A program made the translations under genes and the position numbers. From contig OZ249436.1 in NCBI GenBank assembly GCA_965235115.1, positions 41,666,001 through 41,730,000 on the forward strand: a stretch of 64,000 nt of DNA, given 5' to 3'. This document shows, in pieces, positions 13,001 through 25,900 of the stretch (within the stretch, counting starts at the first letter, position 1; each line of letters starts with the position of its first letter). Source of the stretch: Laetmonice hystrix (lineage: Eukaryota). The notes beneath the pieces were generated by a model. That model saw nothing but the letters and a program-made list of their open reading frames with translations. It was not told where the DNA came from and searched no databases.

Positions 13001-16000
13001 TAAAGCAAAGTTCTGTTTCATCGATTCATATTTATTATACCGTACATGCCAGACTGCAGGATTGAAAACCAAACTTACTGGATGTCTCTTATAGGGAAGA
13101 GCAAGCTCACCTATTCTGTCCTATGGCAAGCACTAACCATCAGAAATAATTGTGGGTTGTTGTAGAAAATTATAAACATCCTAATAACCTAAAGGTCAAA
13201 TTTGCTCCTTGTGAATGATTACCGTAAAACAGGGTTTCAAACATAAGTTTTAAGATAAAGGCTAGTTCAGATAATTATGTGAAAATAGAGTGGCCCAGTT
13301 CATCAAATCTGGGACTGCTTTCTTCAGCCTAGGTACCTGGTAGCCGAAGTTAAAATCTGATTTAGTGCATCTTCCTAAAGAATCTTTCCATTGAAGAAAA
13401 GAGAAATGTTTTCATGTTGTTGAATGAATTGAAAATCTTGTTAGAATAAATTTGTTACTGGTTCCTTCATTGATGATAAATATTTACAAATGTTGCAGAA
13501 TTTTCCTCTTTTTTTTCCTTTTATGTGGTATACATAGACAAAATTAAATACTGTGGTACATCGGAGATTTGTGATGAATGTACTGTTGTGGACACTTGAA
13601 GATTTGCTTTGATATTATTAAGTAGTATGTGGTCAGTGTGAAAGCATAAATACCTGGTAAATCAATCTCAGGCTTCCAACACTAAAGTCTATAGAATAGT
13701 TTTAGTAAGATCCAAATCGGAAAGTACACTATATAGAAATGTGTACCAGCTGTTTTAGTTGGCCACAGCCTTGTTTTATTTGATTAAAGAAACATTTCCA
13801 AGTCCAGCTACGTCTGTGTGCTATGAACTTGAAACAGGGAGTGAGCTTATTAAATTGTATTCTGTCAGCGAGAAAGGAACCATGACTGTCTTAAAACATG
13901 AAACAAAAGGACTACCGCAAATACTGAGTACCGGTAGGTTCACTTAAATATCCTGGATCAGTGAAGAAGAACTGATAGGGTACCATTTTTGTTGATTGAA
14001 CAAGTAGACAGGTTATGTACCGGTACCTGTATCTAGCTGTACACAACTCCAGTTCCTGCATGACTCTATTTCTGGACGGTAGGCGATTAGATAGATAACA
14101 CACAACTGAAAGTTTACAGAGAGAAAAAAAACCAAAGTAAATGTATCTGACAATAGCTGATAATGTATGTTTGATCCAATTCTAGTGAAGTGGTAGGGAA
14201 GTTGCTAGATGCGAGCCCCCATTGTGCTATATTTTGTTTTATTAAAAGAGTAAATTCTTGGAAATTCATGTCATCCAGGAAGTTTCCCTGTTGAATAGGA
14301 ATACGAGTAGCAGAAAAAGAAGGCCAAGCATGGTCTCAAACCGTCATGTTCTGATAAGGCAAGTGTCGGCGTGTTTGTTGAGGCCTGAGTCAGCAGGATA
14401 AGGCTGTCAAGATTGGATATCAGAGATATAAAAAAAATGGGGATTTGACGTAAGTGCTACAAACTAGTGGTTTCACTTTATATTTCTTTTTACAAGAGAT
14501 AATTGCTTACAGTTTGCGTGTCGTTTATTTAATTAAAGAATTACTATTTTTAATATTTGTTTGAGAAGTGTACCGCTGTTCGGCATGTTAGATTGGGGTA
14601 TGAGAAAAAAAGTGTCCATGTACATGTATTCTTGTTCCGACTTCTCATCGGCGTCCTGGTGACCCAGTTTTCACATCCTGGACGCGACCTGTGGCATTGT
14701 TATGAAGGTTACAGTGGTATCTCAGAATATGGCCTTAATATCGAACTTCACTGGTGGACTGAGGTGCTGTATCATATCTGTAGTAAAAATGTAATATTCT
14801 AGGCAGTTTACAAATTCGTGTCAGTGACACTTCATCTCAGAGATATCCAGGACAAATATGATTGGGACGACACCCTTATATACGTATATCTAGTGCTGCA
14901 GTGTCCTTAGAAAAGGCATCAGGTGTCCAGTCCACTGACTTCTTCCTACAAAACTCATGTGCGAGGTGTAGTGAAGCTCTGCTTTTGATGTTTGTTCCTG
15001 GATTCAGACCGTATGTAGATAACGCGCTGCCCAGGCTTGAGTAAGAACAAACAAATGTACTTTATTAAGTGTTGACCACAATCACAGATGTAGCATTTAA
15101 GTATATTTACATGGAAAACTGGAAGATTGTTTTATTTAAGTCTTTAAGTTGTAATACTTTGAATAAATCGTGTATATAAGGAGCCTGAGATGGCATATAA
15201 TATTCTTCATCTACATGTATGTATGTCAGTGGGCCTCCTGCCCGTGCTGTTTGGTTCGGATACGTTTCGCTTGACATGAACTCGTATCCGGACGTCATAC
15301 CACACCGTTCAAGGATGCAACATTTTCGTACTACGGTAGAGCATTAATTTGTATGTGTGCAACAACAAAAAACCAGTTCATTCAACTGTGCAAAGACGTT
15401 TGACAGGGCTCTATATAGACAGAACTCGTGCCTTGCCGAGTTCATATTTGCTGAAAGTCTGCTTCTTTGGTGGTTTCCATGAATTGTCCGTCGTCGTGGT
15501 TCTTGGATGTTGAACTGACAGAAGGGGTTAGTTCAAATTTAATTGGTTCCATGTGACATGTGCATATGACGAGTTGTACAGAAATTTATGTATATACATT
15601 GTATCTAGAATTTGTATTAAAGGATACCTGATGATTTGAAAATAAATCAAACGATATGTATGTCAGCCTTACTTGTTATATATTCATCTCACATCAACTA
15701 GATGTTTCATAAATCGACCTCGCTCACTCGACTGCCGAAACTTAAAAGCATTTCTTCAGAAAAAAATGAAATTGAGAATCATTTGCATTAAGCTATGGTC
15801 ATGTTCCATTTTACATAGGGCCAAATTTCGCGAAATGGATTTTTTTTTCAGTGCTGTTTTCAGGACAAAATTTTAAATGTCACTTTTCTGGGTATTTCTC
15901 ACCGTTCCTCTTACAGAGTTGGTTGTGATCTCGCCTGCTTACATGTCTGTGTCATCAAACGTACCTATGAAACGGGTCCACCGACACAGATGGCTACTTA

Positions 16001-19000
16001 AAATTTGGTTACGTGTACTAGATAAATATAAATATAATATATAAATCGTTGGAACATACATGTAGTCTGTCCATGTTGCATGTCAAGAATAACGTAATTT
16101 ATGAATGATCTAACTGAATAGCTCATACAATTAATTATAAATACATGTAATATAAAAAAAATATTAAGTGAGCTGCATTGGTCGATCGCCGTAATACGTC
16201 ATCTGGCCTTGACTACCGTCAAAGTTGTGCCCATCAATATGGCAAGAGTATACCGCTGGCGACATGGCCCTAACAAGAAAGGCCTACCACGTTCACGGTA
16301 TTCCCCCCTCCCCCTCCAACTTTTTCGATAGAGAAAACTATGGAATAAATCATTTCTGAGGAAAGTTACCGTTTCAAAGAACATGGCCCTTTTTATGATA
16401 AGATATTCTAACAACTTCCACGACAAGGCCACAAAATACGCCAGACACGTCCATCATAAAAATGCAACATAACAACCTTTTCTTTTTATGGTTTATTTTC
16501 TTTTTTTCGTCTAATGAAATATGGCCATGTTAGAAAAGGGCATTTACAGATGACAAACGAGTGAGAGCCCTACGCTGATATACACTGGCTATTATAGAAG
16601 AATGAACTTCAAGGTCTGTACTGAATCTGGACAATTCTGAGACATCTTCTCAACGAAGGAAAGACTGTAAGACCCTTCTTTGAAACATTCTACGTTTTAT
16701 AATAAGAGAAGAAAATCTTGAAAATGCAATTATCACCACAAGAAAAATGTGGTCATATAATATATCAATCGGGAAACTAGAAGAACGAAACGACAGTTCA
16801 TTTTAGTATTGCTATGTATTCTGTCATGGAAACAGCAACAAATGAATATCCTACATTAGAATATGAGGAGAAATCTTACTGTACATGCAAACACGGCTAA
16901 TAACAAACCAAAATAAAACATATACTACCAGATAGGTTTACAAAGTATTGCCTTGTTGCTAAATAAATCATTGTGGCTAGTTGATATTTGCAGGTATCTT
17001 TGGCAAGCCGTCTCCGGCACAGTTGTAACCATATAACATCATAAGTGTGAGAACAGTGTGGTGAAAACAAGCAAGACTCGGTAACGGTTGATACTTTACT
17101 ACCACTGTCATGACGTGAACCACCTGGGGTCATAGGTCAAGCCACCCGGATGTAGGTCCGTCTCTCCCCTGAAGAGACAGACAGGTGGTGAGAAATAACG
17201 TAACTCTAGTTGTTTTAATTGCATTTCTGTGGCTGTTTCAACCAGATAGACCAGTCCTATGCATAGGGCACAGCATAGTACTGAACATAGGAAACCTTTA
17301 CATCTATGAATATAGTTACAGGATCCTACACATACCCCATGGCATATCCTGTAGATAAACCGCCAGTTTTAGTCACTGTCCAGTAGCAGATATCTGGCAG
17401 ATGGTTCTATCTTGCTGAAACACAGTCGTGTTCAACGCTACTCACCTCAAATATATATCACAAGAAAACAAAATTTACCTTTATGTTATTTAAACAATAA
17501 ATATCACCTTACAGTTCAACAGCAGACAAATAATTCTTTTTTTTATAACCTCCTTAATCTTCTCCTCTTCATAATACACCGACTTCTCGCACACTGGCGG
17601 CCTTTCACTAGTAGACACTGCGTTCTCCAAATTCTCTCTCGCGAACTAATTCCAAAGAAATTTTATATTCAATGTTATAGCGCTATCAAAATAAGAAGGG
17701 TAGGTGCATATTTTAATGAAACAACCCGTTAATTACAGCATTTCCTTTAATTCCCAATCACCATGGTATGCTCAGATGACAGGGATCAACAATATCACTC
17801 AATCAATGTTTTACATGCTAACTACATGATCTCTCCACCTCTACATAATAACTCCCACCGGACCATAATTTTTTTACTATTGCTTCAGTATTCGTATATA
17901 TCATAGTGACCAGAGGCACACATGTCCTGCACTGTAGTAACGACCTCTGTCGGGTCTATACCCCTCCCCTACGCCTGATCATGTCCCAAGTTTACAAGCT
18001 AATTATGTTAATACAAAGTAAACACACAAACAAATAAAGGGACTACAGTCGCTTCTCAATAAAACAGGGGTCGTCTTTTTGTAGATGACGACTTTTTGAC
18101 ACAGTTTTCCCCTCAAAAGCTGAGATACAGAGCAACGCGAGTGAAAATACCAATACCAGTTCGTGAAAACATTTTGGTTACAAATGCTTCCACTGCCTTT
18201 ATTAAAGTGTAATGGGATAATTTCAAAATCATCAAAACCGAACAAACAAACAAAATTTAATCATAATACCTTATTATTCAGAGAGCAATGTTTTGTCTTC
18301 TCCTAGCAGAGAGCTAATTCAGCAGAATGACCATAACTGTACAGCTGATATGTGAGGACAGGACTAGCCACTTTTTATTAATGTTTCTCCAGGCCTTTCT
18401 TCACCTACAATGTTTTTAAAGATTGCTTTTCTCACAGTTTCTTGGCAGCAGTGAGAATACTGAATAGTGAGACTAGATGTGTAAAGCCATCATGTACATA
18501 CAGTACTAAGGTAGTACATAGTCTCTTATCTGTCAAGAAAACACTCCTCCTGTCCCAACATATTACCATCGTCAGCTTATTCATTACTTAGTCACACCTT
18601 GCATAATTAATCTATAATTTGTAAAGATTAGATTGGAAGCTGTTTAAAAAATTTGCCATTTGAAGGGTGTATGGACACATGTAATTTTAAAGATCCATAG
18701 TATCTAGTGGGAGCTTATAAAAGCATGCTAAAGAAACTCACTGCATGCTTACCTCTGGGAGCACTCTCTTTTCATCTGTGATGAGTGTTCCTATACTGGC
18801 TTCGCAGGAGTCTAGAACAAGCTCTGCTGGAGAGTTTAAGACAAATGCGAAGTTTATACGGTACCCGCGTAACACTATTCCTCATTTTTTGTCTTTTTTT
18901 AGGTCTTTTTCTGTTTTTTGTCCTCTTGTCATTATTACAACAAGATATCAATGTTTAAATGTTTCAACATCTGTAACAATTTGATGAATTGAAAGACAAC

Positions 19001-19936
19001 AGGAAATGAACCGGTATCCAATTACATAATAATCCACACTTACAGACTGTGTCATACAACCTCGCGAAGATGTAGTCTCTTCACAAAAATTCCCAGATCA
19101 CCACTTATCAACATACCAGAGTACCTGGGGTACGGTGCATTTTCTCTTCATTCATTCCTATCACTGTTTGTAGGCGTGTACCGTTATAACGCCTTAACAT
19201 AGCAATATGTACAACAGTATACCCATCCCACAATTTTATGCCAATACATCTGGATAATGCCTCAGAAAATGCTTCACGGATGCAGCTTGAAGCAAGGTAC
19301 TTTTGCTTTCTTGTATTGCAATGCAGCATTAAGAAGTATTTTTGTGTCTAAGAAGCTGACTTTTTTTTATACCAGTACATGTACTTTGATTATACCAGTA
19401 ACGAGTAAAGGAGAATAAACTAGAAATATATGATAGTATATTCTAGAAAGGTAAAATTTAATGAAATGACAAAACTACTATTGAATGAACCCTGTAGACT
19501 ACCGGTACTAAAAATTGATTCTAATACTTATTTATCTTGTAGTCAGACCTACATATTACATCTTGGAAATTACACTAACGGCAGTCAGTGCTTACTAAAT
19601 ATGTGTTTTCAAATTGCCTATGTTTGCCTTTAATCCCAAAAAAAACTCATTTTCCTGAATCAGAAATATGACATGCACTTACATGTAGTTCAAAATTATA
19701 TATTTCACAATTAATTATATGATCATTCCAGTATTACAACATGTCCACAATTCCTATCTTATAATCTTATGCCCCCCCCCCCCCGAATATTTAAAAAAAC
19801 CCAGCTTATTTAAAGTCATATATTAACTTATATTAACTTATATTATCAGAGTTTTTTTGCCAATGTCTCTGTGCTGACACTGTAAAGAAATGTGTACGAA
19901 TCCTGGCCGTTGTTGGCGATGTGTTGGCTGCCTGGC

Positions 19937-22900
19937 TCAGTCAAGCATGGATGGCGTCTGACTCTTGGCACACTTCCACATGGCGTCAATCAACTTGACA
20001 AAACCAGTGTCCTTGGGTTTCTCAAGGCCACGCATCATCCGTCGCTTCATCACAGACACAAACTCTCGGTTGCTCAACTCACCGTCATCTAACAAAAACA
20101 CAACAGAACTTCTTTCATAATTCAGGTAATCGTATAACTTCTGTTATCTGGATAGATCTGTAGACCTCTTCATTTTGCACACCTAAATATTTTCAAGTGA
20201 CCTTGCTGCTGAATAAGGCGCCCTTCCTTCCTGATACGACAAAACCATGAAGCATTTTAAACTTACCATCTTCGTCAAAGAGCACAAAGACCAAGTCCAC
20301 CACGTGGTCGCTCAGCTCTGCGTTGGCCACTGTCAGAGCCACATGTTTCAGGGTTGCTGCAAGCACAAACCAAGGGTTTGGTTGGCGAATTTATTAAAAC
20401 AACTTTAAGGGTTCTATGATCGAGTCAGTGGGAGAACTATTTGGTTTCTATTAGAAACAGGATAGGGCTTTATTGAATTAGTTTATCTAGTACATTACTC
20501 GACTCGCCTATAAAGACATTGGTACAGCACTTTCCGTAATAGTTACCGTAATTCTTTCTATACAGACCTTTATCAATGGAGGCACCAGCAACGTGATAGA
20601 ACATGAGGGCCGTGTCAATGTCATTGATGTACTTGAGGACCTTGTAAAAGTCAAGGTACTCTTGGAAGGTGATGCCCTGTAAGACAACACATATCCATAC
20701 ATTTAATATCGGATGTGTTGCTACAGTTGATGTCTCACCTATAATCGCAACATATGTCTTCCCACGATAACTATCACCAATGCTCAGTTTCTCTCCTGTA
20801 CTGGTTTATGGCTTGACTCTAAGACAAATGCTCTTGCTTGTAAAATCCAGAGAAATTTCTCAACAGGAAGAAGAGTGCTTTAGGTTTAATAACAACCCCA
20901 GACAACAGAGGGGTTTACAGTGATGAAAACGCGATGGTAAGCCAATAATGGGTTATTATGAGTCAGACTAGGATCAAGCCATAGATATGACAAGGAAAAC
21001 GACACTAACAATTTTGTTTAACAAACTACACAACGTACAGTATGTATAAATGATAACATGCAATCAGATATGAGGAAGATGATATATGGCAGTCACACAA
21101 AAATAAGAAAAACACTTTCTAAAAGAAAAACCAAAATAAATATTTGGACCAGACAGATTTTCAAAAACAATTTATGCCAGCTGCTACATCTAACCAATAC
21201 TTAACAAACATACTAAAGTAGACAAATGAATATCAATGTCTCGTTTGAGCAGCCCACACAATTACCTAGAATTTTAATCACACATTTACCAAGAACGCTC
21301 ACTTCCATATTTACTTCATGTTGGAAGAAATTATCTTTTTAAAAAAGAAGAAATTCGTCAGTGAGCGTCCTTGTTGGGGTGACTAACAGAAATTGTATTT
21401 CTTTGTTAGTTGGATATCATCTAACCAGAGCTTTGCTTTAGTATGTTAGAGTCGATGAAGTTGTTCAATTCCCAGGGTAGATCCCGGAATTTGAGAAAGG
21501 AAGAGAGGAGGCAGGAAATACTGAGGAAATACTGTGGAATCTCCCCAAGAATCATCCCTGGAATATAGATGATCATGACAACTGCTCACAAAGATCCTCC
21601 CAAGACATTAACGTAGGTAGGTAATTATATACTGGGAAATAAAAATAAAATCAAATATAATACAGTACTTGGTCTGAGTAGGTCAAGAAGCAATTAAGCC
21701 AGACACCCATGGACCTGATTAACAGATAGAGGCTTTGGGTATTATTTTCATGTTTGTGGAAAAGTCATTCTTCAATTTAGATGAGCAAGAATACGAGACC
21801 AGCAATCCAGCTTCCAGAAGTGAAGGCATAGTTGGTTCGTAGAAACTATTACCCTGCTAAACCAACCGCAAGCCAATATTTACACAGCCATCCGCCTGAG
21901 AGTACTAGGTACAATGATAATCCTTCAACATTAACTTCAGAACATAGTGATCCCTACGTTTTTATAAATTGTAAACAAAGTTCTCCCTTTATTAAACATA
22001 ATGATCCCTACATTTTTATCAATTGTAAACAAAGTTCTCCCTTTATTAAAGAAGCAGTTGACTGCCGAAGAAAATTTATTCTTGTCCTAAATAATATTCC
22101 AAAAATGTGTTCGAATTTTCAACACTGCTGCCTTTCACTCCAATTCTGAATAAACTTAAAAAAACAAAGAAAATAAGGGAATACGGTTTTCTGGCTATGT
22201 ATCTAAGATAACGAAGTTGTCAGTTACAGGATGGATCTTTAGCCTTACTATAGACATGCTGTGGCGGTTATCATTCTCTCTTACATATCTAATGTACAGC
22301 GGCTCAGTTTATCAAATGGAGGCACTGGGCCTGGCATAGCTTGGCATGCGAGGAAGATATGTACAACCCAGTGTTCACCAGACCTCATACCCCTCTGTAT
22401 ACAACTGATATACGGATACATGTGTGGTGATTCAGTGAAACCGTGTCATGAGGTAGCTATGTTGTGTCTTGGGTCTGGTCCTAGTCTGACCAGTTTGAAT
22501 AGTCAATACAGTGTAGTTTACAGTTGCACATATGGATATCTTTGGCTGCTCTCATGAAACTGCTTAGTCAGCAAAACGCTTCAAACACAGTTAATCTATT
22601 ATTAGAAACCAAACAATTCTGATGTCAATGGATTTTGTTGAGAAGGACACAGTTCATCTGTATGTGTAACTGTTGGGAAAAATACAGTTAATGTTCATTT
22701 GATAGTGCAGCAAAAAAACCAGTTTATCCATATGACATGTGTTACTGCTGTAAAAGACCCAGTTCAGACACATGTGTAACTGCTGTAAAAGACCCAGTTT
22801 ATCCACATGTGTAACTGCTGTAAAAGACCCAGTTTATCCACATGTGTAACTGCTGTAAAATACCCAGTTTATCCACATGTGTAACTGCTGTAAAATACCC

Positions 22901-25900
22901 AGTTTATCCACATGTGTAACTGCTGTAAAAGACCCAGTTAAGACACCTGTAACTGCTGTAAAAGACCCAGTTTATCCACATGTGTAACTGCTGTAAAAGA
23001 CCCAGTTCAGACACATGTGTAACTGCTGTAGAAGACCCAGTTCAGAAACATGTGTAACTGCTGTAAAAGAACCAGTTCAGACACATGTGGAACTGCTGTA
23101 AAAGATACAGTTTAGACACATGTGGAACTGCTGTAAAAGACACAGTTCAGACACATGTGGAACTGCTGTAAAAGACCCAGTTCAGACACATGTGTACGGG
23201 AACTGCTGCAAAAGACCCAGCTGGCCCACATCAATAATTAAACCTATAAAAAACTTATAGGCTGTGATGTTAGGTTCCTGAAGCAAGCATGGTCAGTGTG
23301 AGTGAACCCCAATGTATAATATCTCATTAATCTCTTCTTACTAGGATAAGCAATAATTAAACTTTTAATATGAAATGTAAAAGAGGTCCCTTCGATATAA
23401 AAAGGACTGGAAAAATCACTTCAGAAGGGAGAAAATTATTATCTTTCTCAAGGCTACCTACAAATACTCTACAAGATCAACCTTCAACAATGTTAAAAAA
23501 TGGAAGGAGTGAAATTATTCTTAAAAAGCAGACGTCTAAAAATGGAAAATATACCGGGTACTCAAGAAAGAAACTTAGAAAATGTCAGTCGTCAGCAAAT
23601 AGTCTAGATTCAAGAATGTAGAAAAATATATAAAGTAGATAAGGTCTAAGCAACCCGTAAAATGGCTCGGCTGTCGTTTTGTTGTGTCTAGCACCTCCAA
23701 CGCTGCCCAGAGGCTACCAAGTACCAAAAATAAAGAAGTTCCAAACCATGTGACTACAGCAAAGGTTAGGGCAGCCAGCCATGGCTGGGCATGCAACACT
23801 GGACCCCTCTACTCACCACGCACTGCCACTGGTGACTCTGAAGGTTAAGACACCACAAAATTAGTCTACTAACATTCATTTACTAATCTCAAAACTTCCT
23901 TCTTCTTCTCCTCTGATACCCAACAGCTGCTTCCGTCACCATTTTTACGCACAATATAAAATTGCTCTAAAATCCTATTCGGCATAGTGCTGTACAAAAT
24001 GCAGACAGTTTCTAGCAGAAAAGAAATAGGATAATATTCATAAAATAAAATACTACAAACAGTAATAAAAATCCAGGTAAAACGATATTCGCAACAAATA
24101 AAGGTAAGGCTGGTAAATAGTACAGCTCTCTATAACAGCATTAAATGATAAATGGTTCTACGGTCAAGTGCTAGCCTAACTTGGTAGTTGGCAGTGCCAT
24201 CTAGCGGGGAACACGGGAATGACAGCTGATAACAACAGATGGACCGGCAACAAAATTTGAGGTGACATTTTAACCCCAACCCCAAACCTGGCCAATAATA
24301 TGACTGACATGGTTTGTATTATAATTTCTGGGGATTCACACTGATGGCATACTATCAGTAGTCCTTGCATTTCTAAAACGTCATGTTCATGTTCAGTCAA
24401 GTCTTTCTCAATTGGTACTTACTTCTTTATATCACCATTTCTTATTGCGACAAGAGAAAAATACAGATTTATTAACATACAAATGTGTATAATACTGTGG
24501 AGACCAGCACTCATTCAACCTGGTACCGCTGTTAAGACATGATTATTGTCACTTTGGCTCAGTCCCAATGTAGAGTTGGCTGGTAATACATTCAACCGGG
24601 TTTAAACAGTCATGATCAAAAGCCTGGCTGACTGAATAAATGGGTCTCCACTCTACATATTCAGGTGCTATAAAGGGTACAACACTGAGATATACAATAC
24701 AATAGACATGGAGTCCTGAACACCTTTCAAACATTCCCCTACAGCTTGCCTTCCTTTGTCAGAGTTTTAATATAATATGGTTAAAATCTAACTGACCTCA
24801 GGTTCATCCTTGAAGGCTTTCTTCACTCGTTTTAACATCTTAATTCGTTTGGCCTCCGATAATCCAGCATACAACAGCAGGATTCCAGCGAAATTTTTTT
24901 CTGAGATCTTTCCATCTTCAGCTCCATAGCGGTTGAACTGTTGAAAGATACATGTGGAACTATAATGTTATATCTACTTGTAACTGTCATCATATACTGT
25001 CAACAAGAATTTGTATACTTTGAATTAAAAAATTTGAAGGAAATAACAAGGGGTTTTTCGTCAGAATGCTGCACAAATGTTAGAAGTGTTAAAAACCAAT
25101 GGCTCGGTAACCAATAGCTGTAGTTCCTTTTTCATCAGCAATTCATCAATTAATAGGGCATAATTTGGGCTAGGAAAACACAGAGCATCGATAATGTTGT
25201 GTGGTTATGTCGTACATGGATGTGCTCACAAATATTGAAATAGGCATTTGGAATACATGGTGTCAAAGATTTTATGTTTACCCTGAATATTAATTGCACA
25301 ACCGTGAAATATTATCATTGTGATATTAACTTTTGTAAAAGTGACCATATCATGCCATTTGCCTACCCTATTTAAAGTCTTCTTTGTAACAAGTGCTTGA
25401 TACTTTTTTCTACCTCAGTAAGTTTTACTTATGCCTGAATGCAACTGACCTCAAGCAGTAAAATCTCTCTCTGTAGCTGTTTCTGGAAGTCAAGGAACTT
25501 TTCAATCGTCAACTTCTGGTCCAGTTTTGGGCCAAAGTAGAAAGTAGTGAGAGCGGAGCTCATGGGTTTGAGAGTGTTACCAGTGGTTGAGTGGTCACGG
25601 TGTCGCATCCCTATGCTTGTCTGTGACCGTACCACATCACGAACCTGTGGATAAAATCAAGTAAAAGAATTCTACCCGTATTGTGTAATCTACTTTAAAT
25701 GCTTGCCACACTTGCTATTATAATCAGTTATGGGTACCATATAAATATCTCAAATTCAAGTTTTCTTTTGTTAGTAGGCTAAGAATGGTCTTCATAACAT
25801 GTCAAAATTCACCTTATTTTTCCTTTGTAAAATGTAAATCAGCCAGAGAGGTTAAATCAATATCTTAGTTCCTGTTAAAACTAAGGAGAAGGGCAATTAC

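Noticed and set aside
22735..23220. Regular 35-bp repeats resembling a CRISPR array
   Set aside because: Units are head-to-tail with no unique spacers, there are no cas genes, and it lies in a eukaryotic intron.
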